A stretch of DNA of 64,000 nucleotides, taken from the NCBI GenBank assembly GCA_963701965.1, contig OY969695.1, positions 2,240,001 through 2,304,000 of the forward strand, read 5' to 3'. The translations under genes and the position numbers were made by a program. Of this stretch, positions 29,936 to 38,782 are shown piece by piece. The notes below the pieces were generated by a model. It saw nothing but the letters and a program-made list of their open reading frames with translations. It was not told where the DNA came from and did not search any database. The stretch comes from an uncultured Gemmatimonadales bacterium (GTDB lineage: Bacteria; Gemmatimonadota; Gemmatimonadetes; Gemmatimonadales; Gemmatimonadaceae). Each line of letters opens with the position of its first letter. Positions within the stretch are counted from its first letter, which is position 1.

Positions 29936-31368
29936 CCGAGTCCACTGGCGACTCCCACACCGCCCCGTCGTGGAACCGCGCCACCAAGCTGAGCCGCAGT
30001 CGCTCGGCAATGGAATCAGGCCGGGCGACGTCGGGGTTTGGTGTGTCAAAGGCCACCATGACCCCATGCATCTGCCGCAGCCGGTCCCCGAACCGGTGCA
30101 GCATGAGTCCGTCCAGGGACTCCGGCAGGTCATGCGAGCCGCGGCCCACCAGGAAATACAACGGCGCCGACCAGTTGGTGTAGAGCGTCCGCCCGACCCC
30201 CGCGGTCCGGACCCACGCCACGGTCGGTGACGCACGCCAATCGACGTTGGCGAAGTCGTTCCCTTCGGTGAGCCCGAACTGCACGTCGCTCACAGTCTCC
30301 ACCAACGACACCACCGCCCAGGCCGTGCCCGCGGTCGCCGCGACCCAGCGCGCGGGCCACCGTTCCGCCCACCACACCGCGCCGGCGACGACGATTGCCA
30401 CTTCGCCGAGCAGAATGACCGGCGACAGAATACGGCTGTCGAACGGAATGCTCGGATCGGCCACGATCCGCGACACCAGCGTCATGGCGGCGAGCCCCAG
30501 GCCGATCAGCATCGCGCCTTGTACGACCCGACTGCTGCGCAGGACGCGGAGTATCATCGCGGCGAGAATGCCGGCCACGCCGGTCGCGGCGAGCCAGCGC
30601 AGCGATGTCTCGCTCAACCCAGGCGCGAGCCAGTCGGCGAACGTGCTGGCGCCCTGGTGCAGCGTCCGGCTCAAGCCCCCATAGTGCGCGAACTTGCGGA
30701 CGCTTGTCGATCGCACGCGGGACACCCACACACCAAGGGCAAACGCGGCGGGCAGCGCCACGGTCGCGGCATCGCGCCATCGTTGGCGCCACGGCACGCG
30801 TTGCAGCAACATCCAGAGCGCTAGGGCGCCCACCATCCCGGCACCGACATAGCGCACCAACACCGCGGCCGCCGCGCAGACCCCGACCAGCGCCCGCCAT
30901 CGCCACGCGGGCCGCTCGTCGGCCAGGATGAGCGCGCCCAGCGTCGCCAGCACCAGCGCGAGAAACAACGGCTCGCTCAAGACCGACAGAATGCACGTCG
31001 GCAATGGCGGGCGTGAGGGCGACGACGGCTACGGCGAGGACGCCCGCCCACGAGCCGACCACCGTGCCCACCAACAGATAGAGCACAGCGGCCGACAGAA
31101 ACGCCGAAAGCGCGAGGACGAGCCGCGCCGACTGCACGGGTGCGAAGCCCACGGCAATGGGCACGGCGATGGCCGTCGAAAATCCCGGCGGGAAATGCGC
31201 CAGCGCTTCCGTCGTGTCGGCGACCGTCCATTCGCTCGCCGGCACACGGTACGTCCCGGACCGCACGAGCGAGACCGCGGCACCGACGTACGAGACCGCA
31301 TCCGGGTCGAGTCCGGGCGCCGGCGGTCGGGTCGCCAACACGACGAGCGTAAAGGCGAGCGCTCCCAT
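29889..31368 (-). CDS. multi-TM glycosyltransferase-like protein (GT-C/ArnT-like), +1 frameshift at about 30990
   Basis: DPDAVSY, HFPPGFS in one frame; SEPLF and further TM helices in the next; removing one A rejoins them as DVHLSVLSEPLF. Confidence 0.65.
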
Positions 31369-31418
31369 CGCGAGCGCCCCCGCGACCGCGCCCCGGACCG
31401 CCGCGGGATGCCGCGCCG

Positions 31419-32349
31419 CTACGGCTTCCTCACCGAGTCGCGGGACGCCGGCGGGTTCTGCAATGTGTCAGCAGGGATCGCCGCTTTGTCTTTGAGCCCG
31501 GCGCCCTCGATGATGATCTCGACCCGGCGGTTGGCGGCGCGACCGTCCGCGGTCGCGTTGCTGGCAACCGGATTGGCTTTGCCGAACCCGTGCGACGAGA
31601 ATGATCGTGGAGTCGATGCCGCCGCCGATGAGCGCGGTCCGCACCGCCGCCGCGCGGTTCTGCGACAGGTTGATGTTGTACGGATCGCCGCCGGTGGCGT
31701 CGGTGTACCCTTCGACCGCAATGTGGTGACTCGGATATTGCTTGAGCACCGACGCGATCTGCCCGATGTTCTTCTGCGCCGCGGGCTTGATCGTCGCCTG
31801 CCCGACATCGAAGAGAATGTCGCTGAGCGAGAGCACGAGACCGCGCGCGGTCTCCTTGATGTTGGTCATCTCGCTCACCAGCGACTGCAGCTGTTGCATG
31901 GCCTGGCCCAGCTGGGCGTTGGCCGCTTCCGCCGCTTTGCGCAGCGAGTCGGCGCGCGCCTGGGCCGAATCCGCCCGCGCCCGCGCCGCCGCGCCCTCGG
32001 CCTGGGCCTGGGCCAGCTGCTTGGTCATGCGCGCATCCCGCAGGCTGTCGGCGGAGTGTTGCGCCACCGCGCGTGCGTTGCTCGCCTCGGCGGTCTGCGC
32101 GGCGCGCAACGCCACTGTGCTGATGCCGTCCACGTACTGCTGGTTCTGCGCCTGCGTGAACGCCGTCTGCGCGGTGTCGATCGCGCCCTTGGCGCGAATC
32201 ATGTCGCCCTCGGCGCGCCGGTCGGCGCCCTGGGTCTGCAGGGTTTGATAAAGCGCCTGCGCCTGCGTCAGCGCCGCCGGCTTCTGCACGGATGCGCCGC
32301 ACGCGGCGACGCTGGCGACGGCCGCCAGTATCACGAGACGCCGGATCAT
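31419..32349 (-). CDS. OmpA family lipoprotein, +1 frameshift at about 31600
   Basis: Lipobox VAAC, RGLVLSLSDILFD, VEGYTD, NINLSQNRAAAV; then GFGKANPVASN..GRAANRRVEII in the next frame. Confidence 0.88.
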
Positions 32350-32717
32350 GGCTTGCTCCCCGAGCTGGCCGTGAGCTTCGCGAGCTGCGCCTGCTCGGCG
32401 TCCCGCGCGTGCTCGGTGGCGACGCGCTGCGCATCGGCCTGCGCGAACGCCGCATCGGCCGCGGCCAGTCGCGCGGCGAGCGCCGCGCGATCGAGCTTCT
32501 TGGCCTTGGTCAGCGAGTCGGCCTCGACCAGGCGGGCGCGCGCCGAACGGATGGCGTCGGACGACAAACTGTCCGCGCCAGCCTGAGCCGCGGCGCTGAT
32601 CAAATCCTTGGCGCGGCTGATGTTGGAAGTGGCATCGCCGACGGTCGGCGGGAACGACCCGCCGCCAGAGGCGCAGGCCGAAAGAACCAGGAGTCCAGTC
32701 AGTCGAAAGAGGCGCAT
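32346..32717 (-). CDS. DUF4398-like lipoprotein
   Basis: Lipobox LSAC, Ala-rich helical protein, typical partner upstream of OmpA. Confidence 0.75.
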   Translation of the reverse strand: MRLFRLTGLLVLSACASGGGSFPPTVGDATSNISRAKDLISAAAQAGADSLSSDAIRSARARLVEADSLTKAKKLDRAALAARLAAADAAFAQADAQRVATEHARDAEQAQLAKLTASSGSKP

Positions 32718-32745
32718 TGCATATACGGGGTTTGTTCGGTATATA
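32717..32745 (+). promoter_or_regulatory. putative promoter with candidate SOS/LexA-type direct repeat
   Basis: TTGCAT-N17-TATATA, with TACGG-N6-TTCGG inside the spacer; GTG start 6 nt downstream. Confidence 0.5.
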
Positions 32746-32751
32746 CCAAGA

Positions 32752-33795
32752 GTGACGCAGCAAACCGTGCTCTTCGATGATACCGCCGAAGAGGCCACTC
32801 GAACACCCTCGAACTTGGGGTCGCAGGCGGACATTGCCTACTACGGCGCCCGGGCGCAATCGGTGTTGAACACGCCCGAAGCGACCGGCATGGGCTACTG
32901 GTCCGTCAACCCGTATGTCGGCTGCGCCTTTGGGTGCGCGTACTGCTACGCGCGGTTCACGCACCGGTATGCCATGGAGCGGGCGCCGGTGGCGGGGGTG
33001 GAGGCGTTGCCGCCGTGGCTCGCGTTCGAGCGGCGGATCATCGTCAAGCCAAACGCGGCCGAGCGGTTGCGCGAGACCCTGCGACATGGGAGTGCGCGGC
33101 ACACGGGGCTGATCGCGGGCGAGGCGCTCGTCATTGGGACGGCGACCGACCCATATCAGCCCGCTGAGCGGCGGTTTCGGGTGACGCGGGGCATCCTCGA
33201 GGTCCTCGCCGATCATGCCGGGATGCGCATCGTCATTTACACCAAGAGTCCATTGGTGACGCGCGACGCGGATGTCCTGATGCGCGTCGCCCGGCGGTCG
33301 CGTGTCACCGTGTTCATCTCGCTCATCACGGGCGATGGCGATCTGGCGCGGCGGTTGGAGCCCCGCGCGCCGACGCCGCATGCGCGGTTGCGCGCCGCCG
33401 AGCGGTTGGTGCGCGCGGGGATCGATGTCGGAATCAACATTGCGCCCGTGTTGCCGGGCATCACTGATGATCCGGCGGCGTTGGATGCGCTGGTGGCGCG
33501 ACTGGCCGCCGCGGGTGTCACACGAGTCTTTGCCGATACGTTGCGCCTGCGGTCGGATGCGCGCCAGCGATATCTCCCCGTCATCGAGGCCGAGTTTCCG
33601 CAGTTGGCGGCGCGATATCGGGCGGCGTACGCGGACGGGTATCGCGTCGGCGAGCGGTATCGCGCCGGCATGCGCCGGGCGCTGGGTCGCATCTGCGCCG
33701 CGCACGGCGTGCAGTTCCGGTCTGGCGATGGCGGCGCCGCCGGGCGCGAAGCGTTGCCAAAATCCGGTCCGGGACAGCTCGAACTCGCGGTCTGA
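32752..33795 (+). CDS. radical SAM protein, SplB/Rv2578c-like DNA-repair family
   Basis: SVNPYVGCAFGCAYCYAR (CxxxCxxC), IGTATDPYQPAE, TKS.LV.RD, LEPRAP, APVLPGITD. Confidence 0.92.
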   Translation: MTQQTVLFDDTAEEATRTPSNLGSQADIAYYGARAQSVLNTPEATGMGYWSVNPYVGCAFGCAYCYARFTHRYAMERAPVAGVEALPPWLAFERRIIVKPNAAERLRETLRHGSARHTGLIAGEALVIGTATDPYQPAERRFRVTRGILEVLADHAGMRIVIYTKSPLVTRDADVLMRVARRSRVTVFISLITGDGDLARRLEPRAPTPHARLRAAERLVRAGIDVGINIAPVLPGITDDPAALDALVARLAAAGVTRVFADTLRLRSDARQRYLPVIEAEFPQLAARYRAAYADGYRVGERYRAGMRRALGRICAAHGVQFRSGDGGAAGREALPKSGPGQLELAV

Positions 33796-33825
33796 CCCCG
33801 GTGTCATGATACGGGGTCATGACAC

Positions 33826-34536
33826 GTGTCGGGATCGTCGTCGCTACTCGCGCTCAAACAACGGCTTGCCGAAGTCATTCGCGCGCCGGTTCCCGGGTCG
33901 GCCGGCTTGGCGACCGGACTCGACGCGCTCGATCGGGCATTGGCCGGCGGCGGCCTGCCGCGCGGACGGCTGACCGAAATCACGGGACCGCGGGGCAGTG
34001 GCAAGACGACGCTGGTCCGGCGCATCGTCGCCGTGAACGCGGCGCGGGCCACGGGCGACATCGCGGTCGCCTACATCGATGCCGCCCGCACGCTCGTGCC
34101 GCGCGAATGGGCGCATCTGGCCTTGTGGGTGATCCGTCCCGCCGATCCCGGCCGCGGCGCCTGGAGCGCGGACGTGTTGCTGCGGAGCGGCGCCTTTGGG
34201 CTCGTCGTGCTCGACGGCGCGCCGCCGCTCAGCCGGGCGGTGACGGCGCGCCTGACGCAGTTGGCCCGCGACAGCGATGCGGTCCTGCTGGCGCTGGGCG
34301 ACGACGACAGCGGACGGCGGACCAGTGTGCTGGGCGCGACGGTCCGGCTCCGCGTCAGCGGATGGCGGGTCGTGATCGAAAAGGGCGGAAGTCACCACGC
34401 AATGGAGGTGCCGCGTGACATCGGATTGGCGCGTCGCTTGTCTACGCATCCCGAGGTTCCCGATCGGCGCGGTGTGGCGCGCGCCAGGGGCCGCGGACGA
34501 TCTCCGCGATGCGGCGAGCCCCCAGCATTGGGATGA
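33826..34536 (+). CDS. imuA: ImuA-like RecA-fold protein
   Basis: TGLDALDRALAGGGLPRGRLTEITGPRGSGKTT, AYID, LLRSGAFGLVVLD; lies upstream of imuB. Confidence 0.8.
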   Translation: MSGSSSLLALKQRLAEVIRAPVPGSAGLATGLDALDRALAGGGLPRGRLTEITGPRGSGKTTLVRRIVAVNAARATGDIAVAYIDAARTLVPREWAHLALWVIRPADPGRGAWSADVLLRSGAFGLVVLDGAPPLSRAVTARLTQLARDSDAVLLALGDDDSGRRTSVLGATVRLRVSGWRVVIEKGGSHHAMEVPRDIGLARRLSTHPEVPDRRGVARARGRGRSPRCGEPPALG

Positions 34537-36188
34537 CCGTCTGCTGGCCCTCGCGCACGACAAGACCCTCAAGACCATTTCGTATGCCGCCGGCCGGCGG
34601 CGGGTGCGCGCCGGCATGACGGTGACCGAGGCCAAGGCCCATTGCGCCGATATCACCATCCTTCCGTGGGATGATGCCATCATCGATCGGGCGGTCACCG
34701 ATGTGACCGCGGCGCTGCTGGCGGCCAGCCCCCAGGTGACGCCGGCCGCCGGCGCGCCCGGCATGTGGTGGGCCGGCGCGAGTGGGCTCGATCGCGTCGG
34801 CGGCGAACCGGAGCTCGTGCGCACGTTGGTCCGCATCGCCAGTCAATGGCATCCCCACGCCCGCGTCGCGGTCGCCGACTCGTGCGTGGCGGCGCGGGCT
34901 GCGACGTGGGCTCTCGGCGACGCTTCGCGTCACGAGAGCCCAGATCGGTTGGACCGATCCCCGCTCCGCCGGGATCCCGGCGACGCTTCGCGTCGCGAGA
35001 GCCCAGATCGGTTGGACCGATCCCCGCTCCGCCGGGATCCCGGCGACGCTTCGCGTCGCGAGAGCCCAGATCGGTTGGGCCGATCCCCGCTCCGCCGGGA
35101 TCCCGGCGACGCTTCGCGTCGCGAGAGCCCAGATCGGTTGGGCCGATCCCCGCTCCGCCGGGATCCCGAGTGCGACCCGATCATCCCCTCCGGGTCGTGA
35201 CGCCGCGTATCTGGCATCGGCTCCCCTCACCCTCGCACCCATGGACGCCGAAGTGCGCGACGCGCTCTTCGCGCTGGGGATCCGGACACTCGGCGCGTTG
35301 GCGGCGTTTACCCCGGCCGACGTCGAGCGGCGCTGGGGCGACGCCGGACTCGCGGCCTGGCGGCTGGCGCGCGGCGACGACCGGCGGCGGCCGGTGCTGG
35401 CGCGCGTCGAGGCGGCGCGGGCCGTCTCGGCCGAGCTGTCCGGAGCAGTGTCGACCCTCGAGCCGGTCCTCTTTCTCGTGCGCGCGGCCCTCGACCGGCT
35501 CGTGGCGCAGCTCCAGGCCGACGGCCGCGCGGCGGCCACGATCGCCATCACCCTCCTGTTGGACGACCGGCGCACCGTCACGCGGGAGATCAGCATGGCG
35601 CGGCCGTTGGCCCGCGCGGCCCCGCTGCTCGAGCGATGCCGGACGCTGTTGGAGCGGTTCACGCTCTCGTCGCCCGTAGCCGGCGTGACCGTCGCGATCA
35701 CCGCGACCGCGCCGGCGTCCGGCGAGCAAGGCAATCTCTTCGACACCGCGTGGCGCGACGGCGGAGCGCTGGACGCCGCGCTCGACCGGTTGCGCACCGA
35801 GCTGGGCGCCGACGCCGTCGTGCGGCCGGTCGCCCGCGACCGGCACTGTCCGGAGCGGAGCGGCGCGTGGGTCGCGGACACGGACGCGGCCGCCGCCCTC
35901 GCGCCGGCGGCATCGACTGCCCCCGTCGCCACGGCGCCGCGCCGGTTTCTCGCCGCGCCCGAGTCCATCGATGTCGAATGCGCCGGCGACCGGCCGATCG
36001 CGTTTCGCTGGCGCGCCCGGCGCATTCCGATCGAGCACGCCATCGGCCCCGAGCGCCTCGCCGGCGACTGGTGGGATGACAGCTATTGCCGCGACTACTG
36101 GCGGTGCGAAAGCCCGGATACCGCGTTCGTCATTTATCGCGACTATCTGCGCGGCGCCCAGTGGTACGTGCAGGGCTGGCACGACTGA
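34415..36188 (+). CDS. imuB: ImuB, inactive Y-family polymerase-like protein; in-frame 4x21-aa repeat insert and +1 frameshift at about 35185
   Basis: VRAGMTVTEAKAHC; LGIRTLGALA; QGNLF clamp motif; GPERLAGDWW...RDYW...WYVQGWHD C-terminus. Confidence 0.85.
34915..35168. repeat. tandem array of 4 x 63 bp hairpin-rich units within imuB
   Basis: Unit CGGCGACGCTTCGCGTCGCGAGAGCCCAGATCGGTTGG(A/G)CCGATCCCCGCTCCGCCGGGATCC starts at 34915, 34978, 35041 and 35104. Confidence 0.97.
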
Positions 36189-36198
36189 CCGGCGACGG

Positions 36199-38637
36199 CT
36201 ACTCCGGACGCATCGCGATCACCGGATCGATGGCCGCCGCGCTCCGCGCCGGCAGCCATGACGCGAGCGCCGCGACGCCCAGGAGCGCGATGCAGACCAA
36301 CTCGTATGTGGGCGGGTCGTCCGGGCGAATGCCGTAGAGCAGGGCGGCGAGTACCCGTCCCCCGAGGTAGGCGACGAGCAAGCCGAGCCCGAGGCCGATG
36401 GCGGCGAGTCGGAGCCCTTGCCCGACGACGAGACCCACAACCTGTCCCTCGCGCGCCCCCAACGCCATGCGGATCCCCAGCTCCCGCCGTCGCTCGCGGA
36501 CCGAGTAGGCGAGCACGCCATAGATGCCGATCACGGCGAGCAAGAGCGCCACCGTCGCGAACGCCCCCACCACTGCCGCGTAGAGGCGCGGCCGGGCGAC
36601 CGTCTCCCGCAATGCCTGCGTCATCGTCTGGGCGGAGAAGATCGGCACTTTCGGATCCACGGCCAACACGGCCCGGCGGGCCGCGGGGATCAGCGTGCCC
36701 GGATCCGCGGACGACCGCACGACGAACGTGAGATAGCCGATCGACTGTTGATCGAACGCCGCGTAGAGTCGTGGCCCCGATGGCGCCTTGAGGTCGGCAT
36801 CCTTGGTGTCGCCCACGACGCCGACGATTTCCCCGCCCATGGTGACTGTGTCCCGGTGCCCGGTCGAGTCGCCGGTCCAACCCACGCGGAGGCTCTTCCC
36901 GATCGGCGACTCGCCGGGGAACACTTCCTTCGCGAACGTCTCGTTGACTACCATGACCTGGTGGCCGCCCGGCCGATCGTCATCCGTGAACGTACGCCCC
37001 GCGCGGAGCGGAATGCCCAGGGCCGAGAAGTACCGGGGTGTCACGATCTGGATGTACGCCAGCTGCTTGTGGTCGACAGGATCGGGCGGGCGGCCGTCGA
37101 CGTCGACGGTGCTCATCGCATCGGCGAGTCCGAACGGGACGCCAAATCCCGCGCCGGCCGCGATGGTACCGGGAAGCGCGCCGAGACCCTGGTTGACCGC
37201 GTGCACGAAGCCCCGTTGACTGGCCCACGTGGTGTATTGGGCACGGGGGAGCGTGACGTCGAACCGCACGACGTTCTCCGGTCGGAACCCCGGGTCGACC
37301 GCGATCACTCGCAAGAAGCTGCGCGTGAGGAGTCCCGCGCTGATCAGGAGGAGGACGGCCAGCGCTGTCTCACCGGCGACGAGCGCACTCCGCAGGCGGC
37401 CGGCGCGCCGGTGTGCGCTCGCGCCGCGCGAATCGGACTTGAGCGACGCGAGGACGTCGGAGCTCGCGGCCTGCAGCGCGGGCGCCAGGCCGAAGAGCAG
37501 GCCCGTGAGCACGGCGATCGTCGCGGTGAACATCAGCACCCGCCCGCTCAGGGTCACCTCATCCAGCCGCGGCAGGTTGCCCGGGTGCGTGGCGATAAGC
37601 ACCTGGATACCGGCATACGCCAGCGCCACGCCAGCCGCCGCGCCGGCGCACGACAGGAGCAGGCTCTCGGTGAGCAGTTGCCGCGCGATCCGTCCTCGGC
37701 CGGCGCCGAGCGCGACGCGCACCCCGAGCTCCGCGGCCCGGCCCGAGGCCCGCACCAAGAGCAGGTTGGCGATATTCGCGCAGGCGATGAGCAGCACGCA
37801 TCCCACTGCGCCGAGGAGCACGTAGAGCGCGCCACGGGCGTCACCCACGATGCGATCCCGCAACGGCTGGAGCGTGTAGCGAAAGTCGGCGTCCTCCTCC
37901 AGGTGCTGCTGGCGCAGGCGTTCCGTCACCGTCACGAACTCTTTGCGGCCGCCCTCCAGCGTGACGTTCGGCGCCAGCCGGCCGATGACCTGCACGTAGT
38001 GAGAGGCGCGCATAGCGGGCGCGAGGACCGCGGGATTGAACACCTCGGGGACCCAGATATCCGGGTCCCGCGGAAATGTGAAGCTCCGCGGCGCGACGCC
38101 GATGATCGTGTAGGGTGCGCCATCGAGGTCGATCGTGCGACCGACAGCATGCGCGTCCGCGCCGAACCGCGAGCGCCACAGCGCGTCGCTCAGCACCGCG
38201 ACCTTGGGCGCGCCGACCGCGTCCTCTCCCGGCGCGAACACGCGGCCGTGGGCGGCGGACACGCCGAGGATCGTGAACCAGTTCGCGGTGACGGTGGCCG
38301 CGCTCAAGCGCACGGGATCCGTCTCGCCTGTCATGTTGTTGGTGCCCATCTCGTACACCGCCATCGCGTCCAGCCGGTGCACTTGATCGCGCCAGTCCGC
38401 GAAGTCCGGCGGTGACACGAAGGTCGAATGGGTGGGGCCATCCGCCGACGTGACCGCGACCAGGCGGTCAGGGGCGCCAAAGGCCAGCGGGTTGAGCAGC
38501 ACGCTGTCGACGACGCTGAAGATCAGTGTGTTGGCGCCGATCGCGACGGCGAGCGTCACGACGATGGCGAGAGCAAACCACGGGGCCATCCGGAGACTCC
38601 GGAAGGCGGTGCGCAGGTCGGCGAGCAGGGTGTCCAT
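36199..38637 (-). CDS. duplicated ABC permease (ADOP/MacB-FtsX x2 family)
   Basis: DLRTAFRSL, IGANTLIFSVV, LLIACANIANLLL, ELGVRVALGAGR, GIYGVLAYSV..RRRELGIRMALGA, PARSAA.IDP. Confidence 0.93.
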   Translation of the reverse strand: MDTLLADLRTAFRSLRMAPWFALAIVVTLAVAIGANTLIFSVVDSVLLNPLAFGAPDRLVAVTSADGPTHSTFVSPPDFADWRDQVHRLDAMAVYEMGTNNMTGETDPVRLSAATVTANWFTILGVSAAHGRVFAPGEDAVGAPKVAVLSDALWRSRFGADAHAVGRTIDLDGAPYTIIGVAPRSFTFPRDPDIWVPEVFNPAVLAPAMRASHYVQVIGRLAPNVTLEGGRKEFVTVTERLRQQHLEEDADFRYTLQPLRDRIVGDARGALYVLLGAVGCVLLIACANIANLLLVRASGRAAELGVRVALGAGRGRIARQLLTESLLLSCAGAAAGVALAYAGIQVLIATHPGNLPRLDEVTLSGRVLMFTATIAVLTGLLFGLAPALQAASSDVLASLKSDSRGASAHRRAGRLRSALVAGETALAVLLLISAGLLTRSFLRVIAVDPGFRPENVVRFDVTLPRAQYTTWASQRGFVHAVNQGLGALPGTIAAGAGFGVPFGLADAMSTVDVDGRPPDPVDHKQLAYIQIVTPRYFSALGIPLRAGRTFTDDDRPGGHQVMVVNETFAKEVFPGESPIGKSLRVGWTGDSTGHRDTVTMGGEIVGVVGDTKDADLKAPSGPRLYAAFDQQSIGYLTFVVRSSADPGTLIPAARRAVLAVDPKVPIFSAQTMTQALRETVARPRLYAAVVGAFATVALLLAVIGIYGVLAYSVRERRRELGIRMALGAREGQVVGLVVGQGLRLAAIGLGLGLLVAYLGGRVLAALLYGIRPDDPPTYELVCIALLGVAALASWLPARSAAAIDPVIAMRPE

Positions 38638-38763
38638 GCGCCAAGTCTATGAAAGTGCCGTGCCCGCCACATCACAATCCTAACTATCTACAAAATAAGA
38701 GCTTATGTGCCGAAGGCACCAAGCGATTTGATCGAAGTCGGGATGAACAGTTCCAGATCTGGT

Positions 38764-38779
38764 TTCGGCTTATATTCGG
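38764..38779 (+). promoter_or_regulatory. candidate SOS/LexA-type direct repeat overlapping the -10 of dnaE2
   Basis: TTCGG-CTTATA-TTCGG overlapping TATATT; ATG 6 nt after the -10. Confidence 0.55.
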
Positions 38780-38782
38780 GAT

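Noticed and set aside
34915..35168. CRISPR array or insertion sequence in imuB
   Set aside because: No spacers, transposase, terminal inverted repeats or clear target duplication
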